Origin: Eledone cirrhosa | Taxonomy: Eukaryota | Assembly: GCA_964016885.1 (NCBI GenBank) | Contig: OZ024742.1 | Location: forward strand, 157,976,001 to 158,040,000 | Direction: 5' to 3' | Length of the DNA stretch: 64,000 bases | Shown: piece after piece, positions 14,607 through 30,758 of the stretch | Layout of the letters: each line of letters opens with the position of its first letter | Numbering within the stretch: the stretch's first letter is position 1 | The notes under the pieces: model-generated | The model's database searches: none | Seen by the model: the letters and a program-made list of their open reading frames with translations, nothing else | Told to the model about the DNA's origin: nothing | Made by a program: the position numbers and the translations under genes

Positions 14607-14650
14607 ACTATACTATATTATTTGTATTTATTATTATACATACATGTATA

Positions 14651-14760
14651 CTGAGTTCAAATCCTGCCGAGGTTAACTTTGCCTTTCAGCCTCATGGGGT
14701 CGATAAAATAAAGTACCAGTAATGCACTGGCCTTGTGCGAAAAAGTAGAAACAATTATTA
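14651..14760 (+). mobile_element. SINE family A
   Basis: ctgagttcaaatcctgccgaggttaactttgcctttc..ggggtcgataaaataaagtaccagt. Confidence 0.8.
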
Positions 14761-17648
14761 TACATACATGTAACTCCGTATGGTATACACATTTTGTTTT
14801 GTATATAGTTATAATCGTTCATAGATGCCCGAACATGCGAACTGCATTTGACTTGAAGTTTAATATAGAACGTTCACTGTATAAACAAATATTTATGCAT
14901 TGTTTTCTTAGACCACAATTGTCTGTAGACAATTCATTTTGAAGCTGGGTGGATGTTTTAATTTTCCATTCTAAACAATCGACTTTATTGCTCGTTTTCT
15001 TTTGCCAATTAACAAAATAAAAGTTAAACCTAACAGAAAGAGTGTTAAACCCGTCTGTGTAGCAATTTATACACAAGACAGTGAAACCTATATGTAATAT
15101 CTTATGCAATGACACGTATTATGAATATTAATTATATGGCAGAGCAAATGTTCCTCTGGGAATCATTGTGTATACGAAATAAACATATTACAGACTCTCA
15201 CATATATTAAATGCCATTATACCATCTCAGATAATGAAAGTGTGAACGCACATCCGTATCTTAATTGGATACAGCACCTATAACGTTCCCCAACTGTATA
15301 TTCTCTGAACCGATGTGTTAATAACTTAATAAACAGCTTCACTGCTTCATCCTTGTCCCATATTTATCAATTCTAAGTCTTGCCACTGACTAAAATGTGT
15401 TTTTTTCTTTCTAGAATGGCTTTAGCTAAAAGCCTGCCCTTGAATTTTTCCAGTTGCGTTTCAATAAATGACTACGGTATGGATTCTCTTAAATTTCCAG
15501 CTTTTGTGATCAGCTATTTTTGCATATGCGCTTATCTTTGGAGGTTTTCTATAGGGAAGAATGTTTTAATAATCGCATGGATAATCTCAGTTATTCAACG
15601 TTTCCTTCTTCTAATATTGGCCTTTATAATTGTGTTGTAGGCATGATTCGCAGCCTGATTTAATATCATCACTTGGCCTTTCGGAAACAATATTTGATAC
15701 CCATTTATTGCAAGCATTCAGGCTATGTTTTTGATGTGTGAGATATAACCTATTCTTTCATCCCACCTGTCTCTGAGAACCTGCGAAGATGTATATGCAC
15801 TGCCGTTTCTTCTTTAACTAATTCATGATTTGGAATGAATCTTTCCGTTACGGTGTTAACACTTCGAGTTTTGTGCCAACGTATTAGACTATTGATTTCT
15901 TTTAAAATCTCTATTTCCTTTTTCCTGCTAGGAATGATTATTATTGGATAATTTACTAAAGAGGATTTACCAAACTTAAAATCAATTACACATTTTCTAA
16001 CAATATGTTGAAGTACTTTGTCATATAGGTATATCGCGTTTCTCGGGAATACTCTGTTACACATAATTACTAAAATGTACTAAAAATCAGGTACGGTTGA
16101 AATGCAAACTTTTTCATATCCCTAATATATGCAATGAAATGAGTTAAATACAGTTGAGAATTAAGATTGGTTTGGCTAATATGGAAGCAAACCAACATTT
16201 CATGAATGGAAATACTGGACATAAGATTATCATATATCTTAAATATAAGAGACACATCGTTGAGGGAACGTGAAATTTCAACTTGTTTAATTTTCCAGAA
16301 AGTCTATTTACAATATCTCAAAATAACATCAACTAAAGTCCATATAACATTAAGCATCTTGCCTACAAATAAAATAGAACGCACAAAGATGATTTCAGAA
16401 CCCATACTAGAGACAACATAGCCTTCATGTAATTTCTCCTGACTGCTTTCACTATGGTAACCAACACATTTTTTTAACGCATATATTTCTCCTCACTTTC
16501 AAGAAAGTACGGAAGTAACAAATCTAGTTATTGCAGTGAAAGTTTTACACTATTGGTATTATCATGAATTCTATATTTCTAACTTATATCATTGGAGTTA
16601 TGACATAGAATTATACAAAATGTATGTGATGAAGATGCTGTCTATATTTCATCAACCCAGACATTTCACTTAAACGAAACACTTTAAGAAAATTGATGTT
16701 TTCTGTGTTTAACATAGTTCTGCCAGTTTGGTTCTGTGTTAAATGCTTTATTGGTACATTATTGAAACACTCACAAATCGCTACGTGCGTAGCCGTTCTT
16801 TGACATTGTCGTCTAAGTGCAATACAGATTAAAAGTGACAAGTCATAAATATCTATTTTTTTCTCTCCATTACTGAAACATAACATCAATCATGAAATCC
16901 ACAACGAAATTGCGATTTCTCAGAGAGGTAATATTTTAAATGATTATAACCTATATAGTTGTGATTACGTAGATAATAATCAGTTCTACATTTTAAACGA
17001 GAGTTTCTAGAAGGGAGAGGGTAAATGTCATCTAAATCGAATCTCTACTTTTTCGTTTATATTATTGACCCAAAGATGAATTAAACGTAAGATGATCCCA
17101 CAGGACTCAGAAAGTAAGCCATTGTCAATAAATAACCCAAGGAAACTTTGCTTTACATAGTACCCACTACAATATTCTATAAAATTATCAGGATCATTAT
17201 TAGTGTTAATATTATGAATTTGATATTTCAGTCATTGATATTATTTAACTGGAATATGTTCCCAAATTAACACCAAGACGCACCGTAAAGCCTCAGATAT
17301 TCATGACGTATTGGAGGGCCTTACTTTTCCTGTTAGGCATTCATTTTGAAGTGTTCCAAAAAAGGAGGCTGCGTTAATGACTTTTTAACTAGCCATGGAA
17401 ATTGTTCATGATAGTAGCTGGTGTTCGTATGTTGATGATCTCTTGACAGTCTGTCCCAAATCCCTTCCAGTTCTCATTTTAGATCCAGGTTCCAGTTAAT
17501 TTTCTCTTTTTCATTTTCTTGCATTCTTGTGTCAAACGGCCAAGCTATATATATTATCAAACACATACATATATACACACGTGCACAGATGTAGAAACAC
17601 ACAGACACACATACACTCACACATACATATATATGTACATAAACACAA

Positions 17649-17715
<67 letters not shown>

Positions 17716-17724
<9 letters not shown>

Positions 17725-17940
17725 ATGTTTACATATATATATATAAAGTCATAAATATATATGTGTTTTGCAACGGTTCACTTTGTGGCTCAATGAAGAA
17801 TTAATAAATTAAATAATCAGAGCTATATATCATAAAACTGATTATTTAATTTATTAATTCTTCATTGAGCCACAAAGTGACCCGTTGCAAAACACATATA
17901 TATTTATGCCTTTATATATATATGTAAACCTTTATATGTA
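17716..17940. repeat. ~105-bp inverted repeat with 17-bp spacer adjoining (TA)n
   Basis: 17716-17820 versus 17838-17940, with few mismatches. Confidence 0.88.
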
Positions 17941-18162
17941 ATAATCTCCCGTTAGGTTGAGATACAATTTTGGCTGTATTGGGCTGCGCTTTCTAGCAAA
18001 AAGCCTACCAGCGGTAAGCAACTAATCACATCCTTTCTAACTTGACCGCTGCCACGTCACGATTCTTAGCCATTTTTTTATGTATTCTTGGCGCGATCAC
18101 TTTGGAAAACTAATTGTCTAAATTTGAGCTAACTTCCTGAAGAATCCGAAGCTCTAGATATA

Positions 18163-18345
18163 TAATTGTTTCTACTTTTGGCACAAGGCCAGCAAATTAC
18201 CCAGTGCATTACTGGTACTTTATTTTATCGACCCCGTAAGGATGAAAGGCAAAGTCAACCTCGGCGGGATTTGAACTCAGATCGTAAAGGGACGTAACTA
18301 TGCTGGAAAGCATGGCGTCCGACCCTCTACCGTCCGACCCTCTAC
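18163..18345 (-). mobile_element. SINE family A
   Basis: Reverse complement of the same core, including a B-box-like gagttcaaatcc. Confidence 0.85.
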
Positions 18346-18414
18346 CTCTAGATATATAATGGTATCGGATGTCTTAAAATGCAGATGAAACCATGGTAGA
18401 GGTAATTAAATATG

Positions 18415-18671
18415 TACACTTTTCTTCTAGTTTATTTTACACCTAATTCTGTTTAGTTGACTGTATATCTGGTCGATTTATACATGCTGTTGTAATAAAA
18501 GATCCGTCGTAGCCGCCGCGAAGTGGCTGCTTTCGGTTATTTGTCGGAGATTTCTTCATAGGAGCCTTTATTTTTATAGCTTGGTCTAATTGATATTTTA
18601 TATGGTTGAGTATGGTAATTGGGAGAGAAGACGGTATATATATTATCTGGTGATTCTATAGACACGTTTTA

Positions 18672-18675
<4 letters not shown>
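18415..18675. repeat. Dispersed ~260-bp repeat ending in (TA)n; second copy at 45275-45535
   Basis: ctagttttattttacacctaattctgttt...tatctggtgattctatagaca(c/t)gttttatgatatata occurs at both loci. Confidence 0.8.
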
Positions 18676-18724
<49 letters not shown>

Positions 18725-19120
18725 TAACATATTGTATACGTGAAGAGAGAGAGAGAGAGATGAATTGCATGTTTGCATTCAAACGGACTTGCCTGTGTAT
18801 ATGTATATGCATATCTATATATAAATATATATATATATTCATATATATTTAAAAGGGGAAGAATATATATATATATTCTCCCTCTATGCTTTCCTTTCTT
18901 TCGTCTTTCTTCAGTAGTTTTTTAAAAAAATGTTTAACTGTTATATTGAAGCCATGTTTTTTTTAAGCTGTATTACATGCACCCTCTCTATTGTTTGTAT
19001 TATATATTATTCTCATGTTCTGAATATTAGGGTATAAATATTGAGTTTTGTCAAATGTTAATCACTACCACGACTGAAACTTAACCATGTACTATGTCAG
19101 GGTATGTCATGCATCATTTT

Positions 19121-19185
19121 ATTTTATCTGATGAGGACGTACTGTTGAACTTAACTCAGTACCTCTGAAATATGTATAATAAAAT
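19121..19185 (+). ncRNA. Minimal type I hammerhead ribozyme
   Basis: attttat-CTGATGA-ggacGTACTG..CAGTACctct-GAAA-tatgta-TA-ataaaat, with a perfect 7-bp stem I. (TA)n follows about 55 nt later. Confidence 0.82.
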
Positions 19186-19260
19186 ATAATTGATCACAAG
19201 AATATCTATTTTGTTAATACTTTGAATTAATATATATTCATATATATATATATATATATA

Positions 19261-19980
19261 TAAAAGACGTAAAATAAGATTTTCTTATTTTACGCCTTTT
19301 ATATTATTGTTCTGCATCCTCCTGCATTGAACCACCTAGGTACTATGACATAACCTGTGTATTTGCTGGCATAGGCGTGCATCTGTGCGCTTATGTTAGT
19401 TGATATATTAAATTATCTATTTCTATCTCCAAATCACTGATTTGTCGAGCAAACCTGCCAAAACCACTTCTAAAAAAATATTTTTGGGGGGTGTTAGTAG
19501 GCGGCAGTCATCTTACCATCCTATTCCTTCTAACTAGCCTCTGTGTCACGTGATTGATTCTTTAGAATCGGCCATTTGACTAGAAGCAGTGAGGATTTCA
19601 GTACATAGAATTCAGTCCTCGCCAGCTGTTCTATCTACCGAATTATTATTATTTTTATATGAGCCGCCAGTGTCCGCGCATTGCCTGGAGACTTTGCTGA
19701 GAATAGACTCCCTGATGACGCAATGAATTCTCGACAGTTAGATTACGTAACTGTCTTTAGCCCATTGCAGAAACTAATTAGTTGGAGTGAAAATTTAAGT
19801 AAGTAAGTAAAAAAAATTTTTTAAATTTTTTAAAAAAGATTTTCTTATTTTACGTCTTTTATATTATTGTTCTGCATCCTCCTGAATTGAACCACCTAGG
19901 TACTATGACATAACCTGTGTATTTGTTGGCATAGGCGTGCATCTGTGCGCTTATGTTAGTTGATATATTAAATTATTTAT
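19261..19980 (+). mobile_element. Non-autonomous PLE-like insert with partial-tandem terminal repeats, flanked by (TA)n
   Basis: ~140-bp direct repeats at 19277-19417 and 19837-19977. A short hairpin sits at the 5' end (19261-19302) and a hammerhead at 19707. Confidence 0.8.
19707..19788 (+). ncRNA. Type I hammerhead ribozyme
   Basis: actcc-CTGATGA-cGCAATG..GACAGTTA/TAACTGTC..CATTGCa-GAAA-ctaattag(palindrome)-TT-ggagt. Confidence 0.82.
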
Positions 19981-19993
19981 ATATATATATATA

Positions 19994-20426
19994 TATATAT
20001 TGGTAAACGGAATAGAAAATGCTGACAAATTGTTCACAGTTGAAAAATGGTTTAATTAGGAATAAAAGAGTATTAGTGATTGTATGGGTTAGTATTCAGT
20101 TGTGGTTTTAAGTTTTTAAGTTTTTACCGGTTGCGCATTTCTAAATGCTTTTCAAAAATAATTTTGCGATAGAGTGTCCGTGCTGTTTGCTCTGATCAGA
20201 GCAAACAGCACGGACACTCTATCGCAAAATTATTTTTGAAAAGCATTTAGAAATGCGCAACCGGTAAAAACTTAAAAACTTAAAACCACAACTGAATACT
20301 AACCCATACAATCACTAATACTCTTTTATTCCTAATTAAACCATTTTTCAACTGTGAACAATTTGTCAGCATTTTCTATTCCGTTTACCAATATATAATA
20401 ACTTGTGTGTTACACCTCTATTCTTT

Positions 20427-20430
<4 letters not shown>
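19994..20430. repeat. ~400-bp spacerless palindrome between (TA)n tracts
   Basis: 20001-20195 is the reverse complement of 20196-20390, centred on tctgatcaga. The right arm has about 33 extra bp before (TA)n. Confidence 0.92.
20233..20269 (+). ncRNA. Hammerhead-like motif, U3-A8 core variant, probably inactivated (GCAA instead of GAAA); mirror copy at 20122-20158
   Basis: ttt-TTGAAAA-GCATTT-ag-AAATGC-GCAA-ccgg-TA-aaa. Same layout as the 58403-58438 motif. Confidence 0.55.
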
Positions 20431-20502
<72 letters not shown>

Positions 20503-22131
20503 TACATACATATGTAAATATATATATGCACGCATATATATACATATATATATATATATGTGCGTGTGGGTGTGTGGGTGTGGGTGTGGGTGTATGTGTG
20601 TGTGTGCGTGTGTGTGTGTGTGTGTGTAGATAGATATGTCTGCATAATCATACATGCGTAATCATGCATGCGTATATACGTAGAGATTTGCTACTAAATG
20701 GATTTTAATCGAAAAATATTCATGTGAGATTTGACATTTAACAAGCAGATTAAGAAGAGAGCGATACTTATCCTTCAGTGAACTATTCCATTTGCAATAC
20801 TTGGCTTGTTGCCAAACAACAAATATAAAGCAGAGATGTTCATTTTTTCCCCTTTAATTTTGTTTGTATCTCGTTGAGATATGAAAGCTAGGATTTTCCT
20901 TTCCTCTGTTTTGGCCAAATCCCAACTGGATTTCAATTTCTCTGATCTGACCAGATTACATCGAATCTACAACAATTATAACCGAATGTTTCTCGATGTT
21001 GTGATATTTACCTCCATAGCAACAGCTACCGATATTAAAATGTATGTTGGTGTCATGTTTATACTTTTAATCGTTATTCTATTAGTGTATGCCGGGTTGT
21101 TTTAAATAGCAGTGTCGGTAAATGTTATTTTGAATAACACAGTTTGGATTTTTCTAACACAAATATAAACACACACGCCACGAAGAAAGCGAATAATCAC
21201 TGAATGAGCTAATTGTTGTTCACCAACAAAGCGACACGTACATGTAGCAAGCTATGCTCCATTATATAACAATTTAAAATGGAAGCTCATATCGTAATAC
21301 TCATTATGTTGCTATGTCTTTCCATGTTACAAATTTCCATTGATACAGGCAATTGTATTTATAATAAAACTTGCCAGAAAATGAAGGCATGTGGCTTAGT
21401 GGTTAAAGAGTTGGATTTGCAATCGTAAGGTTTATTTCACGTTTCTCCTTCTGCCAAGAGTTTCGACCGGTAGATATTATTACAAATAGAAAGTCCACAC
21501 CACTTGGTAATCAAATGAGGCCTGGGATGCTGTCCATCCTTCAGAGCGAGAAAGCAGGAGGAAGTAAAACCATGTGAAAAAACCTGTAAAAATCTGTTTT
21601 CGGGGAAATTATTATATTTTTTCCAAATTTAAAGGTTTCTTAGGAACTTTCTATGTTTATTTTAGGTTTTGCCGTCAGAAGAGCTCAGGCTATCATAATT
21701 GATATTTCTCAATGAAATATGTATAACGAAGTTTTAAATAAACCTGAATCAAATGAATATGGCCTCAGAACATTTATCAATATATAATGCTCTGTCTTGT
21801 ACCAATTATACAAGTCCTTGAGCGCCTCTTTTTATCTGCTTCACGTTGGTACGATGTGTGTATCTTTAAAAATGCAACACGTGCGACGGGTCATTCGCAG
21901 ATTTGCATTTGCTGTGTAAACACAGATAGTTAAATCTTCTCCCCTGTTGAAAATCCGGATTTTGACTACTTCGATTTTCCAATTAATGGTGGAATATATT
22001 TCTTTAATGAAATATACACAAGGAAGATTAATCATTTTAAAAGGTATCTATATTTGAAGTTCTAGTTAAACTTTAATTAGTTACCTACCTAGCTGTGTGT
22101 GCTTACACACTTTACAAATTATCCCCTGTGA

Positions 22132-23060
<929 letters not shown>

Positions 23061-23081
23061 TATGTCAATCAATTATTAGTT

Positions 23082-23136
<55 letters not shown>

Positions 23137-24944
23137 ATGTGTAGAGTACACCATGGTCCTTCGGCTGTGACGCAGATAAAAAGAGGCGCTCAACGTTTTT
23201 AATCTAAAATATATTTTCACCATAATCATATTGAGTGAGACATTATCATATTTTTCTTTCTAAGCAATTTTTGTACTGACATATTGAATATTTTAATCAT
23301 TGCAGTCTTATTTCTTTTAGGAACCTTACTTTTTATCCTTTACTTGCCCCTGTGGGATATATATTTTTTCTTCAATCACATATCTTATTACCGGCTACTT
23401 CTTAATCTGCACTTCGCAGATTCACGATATTCCCTATTTTTCAAACATGGTTTCAAACATGGTTTCTTCTTACTTGTTTGGGACCTGAGATCATTGGAAG
23501 GAGCGATAAACTATGCGGAGGCACAAGAGGGCTACTTCAAAGTTGATTAGCAATTGATCCTCACCAAAAACCTCTCCCACCTTGAAAGTGAACAAATTGT
23601 CGGCAGATATCCTTTATATATCTGCTTTGTCATTGTTTATCTAAAATTCTGATTTTCTTCAAATACTCTACACAATATGCACTACAACATTTGATGTAAT
23701 CTTCAAAAACAGTTTTTGTATGTACTTTCATGCATAAATACTTACATTGAAATGCCAATGAGAATACCAAACCGGTTCTACATGAGCATTAATAAATGTA
23801 CTTTTTTCATCATTTACAATTGCGAACAATATTATTTGATATTAGTTAATTTTTTTACTTTTTCATTTTGTTAATATTCTTTCTTTGATATTTTCGAGGA
23901 AGATATGTTTATTTTCGAAATATGTCAGAGGACGAATATTTGACTCTATAAAGTAAAATAAATCTAAATCATATTTGGTATCAATTTCCATTTCTCGTTA
24001 TCAGACTAATATGAAACTGGCACCGGTGTGTACATAAATATATGAAAAGGAATGCTTGTTTGCTTATTTGCTTGTTCACAGGCCATCATAATCGACATCT
24101 CTCTCCCTCTGTCTATATAGAATAAAATTGTATATATGTGTGCATGTGGGTTATATATATATATATATATAGTGAGAGATAAATAGATAGATAGAGAGAG
24201 ATACAGAGATAGGTAGATATATAGAGAGATATTATGCAGGTTGAATACTATTTGTATTAGCAGCTGTTTCATTGGTCTTTATAGCATTTCCATTTTGAAA
24301 ATGTTCAAACTTGCGACGCCTATATGGTAAGTACAAAACCTTATAAAACACAGACAACTCTATTATTCAACACGCTTCACTGATTTTATGAGGAGGACTG
24401 CTAGATTTTCATATCATATGCAGACCTATCACATTCCCATAATAGTTGGATAGACAGTTTAAAACGATAATATGGAGAGAAAAAAAACTATTGAGACACA
24501 GACACAGCCTATGAGTATAGAATATAAATTTGATGTAGCTTTAATCTTGTTTTACACCGTATAGTATCTTTTTCATTAGAAACATGTCGGTGGCGGGGAT
24601 TGATTATTGTCCAGAGAAACACGTACATAAGCATTACTATATATATATCATTCTTGGGAATATCTGTCTTATCCTATATTGTGTGGGGTATGTATGTACA
24701 CATGATCGAGTGTGTGTATAAATGTACGCATCTATGTGAATTCTTTTCAATATTTAAGGTATATATGTGTCTATCTATGTGTGCTTATTCGCTAGAATAT
24801 AAATATCCATATACTATTATAATACATAGCAGTTGCCAAGCTAAGAAATATAGAAACGGACTGAGAGACATTTTTGATAAACTAGATATCACACGCAAAT
24901 GTATCTTTATATGTGTATACATTTATATATATAATATATATATT

Positions 24945-25568
24945 TATTAAAATAACAGATTAAAGTTTAAGCAAAGAATCGCTGCTTTCACCTCTAACGG
25001 GATATTCTGAAACTAAAAAAGTCAAGCTGTGAACGCAGAAGTAAATATTTCAAAAAACGTTTCAACCGAAGGAAGACAGGATTTTAGTCTTCAAATTTAT
25101 TATTATTATTACTATTTGGTTAACTTTGCCTTTCATCCTTACGGGGTCGATAAAATAAAGTACCAGTAATACACTGGGTAATTGCTGGCCTTGTGCCTAA
25201 CGTAGAAACAATTATTACTATTTGGCTCCCTCAGTTGAGCACTCTATTAACTTATATTCATCATGCAGAAACAACATCTGAATATTTCTACAAAGAACAT
25301 ACCCGTACCAAGCAGGTAAACATACCTAAAATCGTCTTCCTGTCTTCCTTCGGTTGCAACGTTTTTTGAAATATTTACTTCTGCGTTCACAGATTGACTT
25401 TTTAGTTTCAGAAGATCCCATTAAGGGTGAAAGCAGCGATTCTTTGCTTAAACTTTAATCTGTTATTTTAATAAATATTTGCTCTACGGTTCTAATATAT
25501 CTGATATATATTTATCCTTATCGAGCCCTCTTTGCATTTTAGTCTTCAAATGTATTATTATTACTATG

Positions 25569-25570
<2 letters not shown>
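24945..25570. mobile_element. Inverted-repeat insert between (TA)n tracts with a nested SINE; related fragments at ~3320-3385 and ~35548-35652
   Basis: 24945-25080 versus 25338-25478 inverted. The tail attttagtcttcaaat..attactat is repeated at 25081 and 25536. Confidence 0.75.
25118..25217 (+). mobile_element. SINE family A (5'-truncated)
   Basis: ggttaactttgcctttcatccttacggggtcgataaaataaagtaccagt...agaaacaattatt. Confidence 0.8.
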
Positions 25571-25599
<29 letters not shown>

Positions 25600-27731
25600 G
25601 GGGGGGGGGGGAGTCATACGTATGGAAGTATGTAAATGTGTATATAAGTTTTTGCATATATATATTTATATCCGCTCTGTTTTTACTGAATAGTTTCCCA
25701 ACTATGATTTATATACATGCGCTTTAGGCTCAGAAATACTTGAAATAAATATACAATATCGTTAGTAATATTTCAGTTTTACAATCGGCATTTATCATTG
25801 GCTATGTTGCAACACTAATTAGATAATGAGCTGTTTTATGTTGTTTTATATCAAGTTATCATGCTTATAAAATTATTTCGGCTTACTTCAAAATTTAATA
25901 TTTAAATTCATAGCAACATATATTTCTGTGGCTAAATCACAGTTTCTGTTACCAGTTTCGTTCTCTATTAGGTCTCAGTATTTGATGAACATTCAATCAA
26001 TTGGTGTCTTGCTAATCCTAAACTATATTACTTGAGAGAGAAACTTTATAATCATTCCAACACCACAAAATATGCAGAAACTACTACCGACATGTGACAC
26101 ATCTCAGTAATGTTTCCCTTATCGTAGGGGAGATATCATAACAAGCTGTGGTGGAATTGTCTTACCTTCTCGCAAAAATAATTATGGTTTTAACAATCTT
26201 TAAATGCTTAGATGTATTTTAACATACACTGTAATACAGATCAAGATATAAAGAGATATACAGCAGGAACTGGTCCCAGTACTAGAATGATACATTTCTA
26301 TGGACGTCGAAAAGTCTCAAGGCAAATGTAGCCTCAGGAAGTGTTTAACCTACATACATTCAAAATTCTCATCTATTCGGACGCCTGAGGGAATACGTCT
26401 AAGTAGTATTTCGGTTTAGTATGTATACTAATTCAAACTATGTAGACTCCCACGCTACACATACATGCATATTCACACATAACTACATGGAATCCTAACC
26501 ACTTATAGAGGAGTACACTGAAAGGTTTACATATATGAATAAATGTATAGCTAATGTGACCACTTGATATTTATAGAGAGGCGGAAATGAAGGTATCATA
26601 TGAATTAATTTATATACACAAGTTCAAAAGTCTCTCACATCAACAGAATTGAACACAGGCGCGTCAACTAAATGCTCACTTACCACCAGGTGCTCACTCA
26701 AGTATATGTATATATGCAAGCAGACGCGTATGTTGGCCTGTATGAATCTATGTCTGTATGCATCTTTGTAAAAGCAAATTTATCTAGATGCAGACATATA
26801 CAAACACATTACCATACAAACGACAGTATACAATACATGTATCAATGTGTGTACGTGTAGATCTGTAACATTTGATGAACTCATGGGTGCAATATAGTGA
26901 CATGTATCATGTCTTGAGCAATTAAACTTGGAGCGCAACACCTCTATATGTCTGAACATATCTGATGTCTTCTACAAGAGAGAGAGGGAGCATAATAAAT
27001 AGGAATAAGAAAAGGGTGTAGAGGAAGGATAGGCCCGAGTACTAAAATGTTACTTTTTTTTGTCGACCTCGAAAAATAAACGGCAAAATTGAATTGGAGG
27101 TTTTAAAAAAAAAAAAAACAGCGCAGAGAGTCGGAACGAATACCTCAAATCATTCTAACGCACATTATAGGACACTGCCAATTCTCCGACTACATAAAAT
27201 ACATACACATACATATATCCTTACACAATATTAGTAACAGAAATACATGTTTTCCTACATAGTGTTAAACAAAAAACTCCAATATTCAGACAATGAAATT
27301 GTGAGATAGAGATGTTTGCTTCTCAGTTCCTGAATCAAAACTTTTTTTTTTTAAATATCTGTCTCCGAAAAGAAAAAAAGCAAAGCGCAAAGATAGTAAA
27401 AGCCAAACTAAAATGGAAACGAAATGAATGGCTACTACTCCACAGTGTTGTACATTAATAACTGTCTTAAGATTCGCACGGTTAATTGCACGCAATGGAT
27501 AGAACCTCTTAATAATAACTTACTTTTTCTATGATTATCTTTGACAGTTAATGTTATGCTGAGAAAAGAAAAAAAGTCGTCTGAAACACGTACAAGAGTA
27601 AAGGAGTGTATGTATGTATGTATGTATGTTTGTATGTATGTATGTATGTATTTATGTATGTATGTATATATGTATGTATTTATGTATGTATGTATGTATG
27701 TATGTATTTATGTATGTATGTATGTATGTAT

Positions 27732-27762
<31 letters not shown>

Positions 27763-27992
27763 TGTATTTCTATATGTATGTATTTCTATATGTATGTATA
27801 TAAGTATATGTGTGCGTGTGTGTTTATTTGTAAGTGAAATATGCTTTTACGTGTTTCTCTACGTGTATTCACTCATTACAAACATACATTCACCCATATA
27901 TGAATATCTAATCACTCTCTCTCACTCACTCCCCCTCTCTCTCTCTCACTATTTCTCTCTCTTTCTCTCCCATTTCCATCTCTGTTCTCTTT

Positions 27993-28027
<35 letters not shown>

Positions 28028-28127
28028 GTGTGTGTGTATGTGTATGAATGTGTTTAAATATATATGTATATATGTAGGAGTTATATGTTTATATACGGAC
28101 ATATATAAAAATACAGGTGCGCAGGTT

Positions 28128-28210
<83 letters not shown>

Positions 28211-28678
28211 GTGTGTGTGTGTATGTGTGTATGTTTGCATGCGTGTGTGATTTTGACTGTGTGCGCTTGAGTGTATGTGTCAAAATGTGATTGTGTATGT
28301 CTCTGTGTTTGAATGATGCGTTACTAAAGGAGAGACTCTTAGGAAATACATTTAAATAATTTATAAGAAAAGTTAAAATATCCAAATCAAACAAGTGGTA
28401 CCGACATTATAGACGTTTCCAGTTGAATGCCCAAGACATTCTTATAAGTTGGTGAAGCTTGACCTTAGACTACATCAGTAAACAATGAAGAAAAATAGAA
28501 ATATATAAATAAATATAAATATTATGGAAAAATGAAAAAGAAGGAAGGTGAAATAGAGTAAGATATTGTATATAGTGAAAAGTATATATATATATATATA
28601 TACTTTTATACTTATATATATATACTTTATATATATATGTTATGTGTGTGTGTGTGTGTGTATGTATATATACATATA

Positions 28679-28725
<47 letters not shown>

Positions 28726-29597
28726 ACACATATATATTTATATATATATACATATATATGTATATATATATATATATATATGTATATACATATATATGCA
28801 TATATATATGTGGTATGTTTATGTATGTATATCAATATATATAGCATGGGCTCGCTCGATGAAGCGGGCTTATTCGATTTGGATAGATTATGCATACATA
28901 AAACCTTACTTTTTCTTTACCCATCAGTGAGATCCGGCCTGTACTGAGAGGCCGCTTTAGCTACAGTCAGCCTTACAAATGTGCCTACACATTACAGACT
29001 AAGGAAAGATATTCAGACATTTAGATCCATTGGCTGGATAATTAAAGAAAAAGGCAGACTGAGCAGCGCTGATGGGGGTTTGATATGCTATACCTCAGTA
29101 GATACTAACGCCTGTCTTGATAATAGAGGTGAAATATGAATACCTTGCTTACACGCACTGCACAGGCTTCATCCTCTATTTCTGGCCTACACGCAACACC
29201 ACGCCCTGGGCACCCTAAGATTACCACAACCAGAATCAACAGTATGGATGCTACAAGGCCGGCTCTAGCTAGGCAGCTGTTAGAATAAACAGGATGCCAT
29301 GTGAGAATTATTCTTGGGATAAAGTGCTAGTGAGGCAAAAAACCATATAGCAGACAAAACAAGAATTTCACCCGACATTCCCTTACAAACATCAAAAGGA
29401 TTCTACACCGGACGTAAACTAGATCATGAGGCTTATATATATATATATCGCAAAGGCAAACATTTGGTGTATGCTAGAATAATTTGCTACGATTAGGATA
29501 TACGACCATCATGAAATGCTGAGTATCAAGAAAAACATATGCTTAATCGCCATGTATATTAATTTACATACAGACTGTATTAAGCGAGAAGGCTCAT

Positions 29598-29852
29598 TTG
29601 GTAGGTACTTATCCCGGTTTCATGGCGTGAAGCGACCTAGAGTACACGATGTACTCCTGGACAGAACGCCAGTCCATTGCAGGGTTAAACCCCCAGCTAT
29701 TGGTGGTACTCATTTTCAGCTGAGTATACTGGAGCAACGTGAAATAAAGTGTTTTAATTAAGAGGCTCAAGAAAACAACACGCAACCCAGTAATGGAACA
29801 CTTGACATTATGATCGTAAGTCCAACACCTTTACACTGGGCCACGTGCATCC
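29598..29852 (-). mobile_element. SINE related to family B
   Basis: Shares ggagcaacgtgaaataaagtgt and a tRNA-like head. Another head fragment lies on + at 21385-21445. Confidence 0.65.
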
Positions 29853-29854
29853 GC

Positions 29855-30490
<636 letters not shown>

Positions 30491-30562
30491 CATGTGCAGG
30501 GTATGTACATTATTATAAATAACAAACTATAAATAAGTAACTATAACAATAGGCTATCACTC

Positions 30563-30758
30563 CACGAGGGTCAGTTGAAAAGTTCAGTGTGTGACCAAGA
30601 TACTCTCAAGGAATAACCAAACGAGGTGTATGTTTCTATGTACTCTAGTCCCTAGAAAGAAACAATTAATAAGATTTGAAGTTAATGAATGCAAGATTAC
30701 ACAGCCATAGAATCAGTATTTCATAGTCAGCCTATGAACGTTTCAGCCGAGCCTCGTA
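30563..30758. mobile_element. Mariner-type MITE
   Basis: Imperfect TIRs cacgagggtcagttgaaaagttca / tgaacgtttcagccgagcctcgta, similar to the 22161 TIR. Confidence 0.7.

Noticed and set aside
25050-25100. Minus-strand TTGAAGA...GAAACGTT
   Set aside because: Stem II is weak and the motif spans an inversion junction, so it may be fortuitous.
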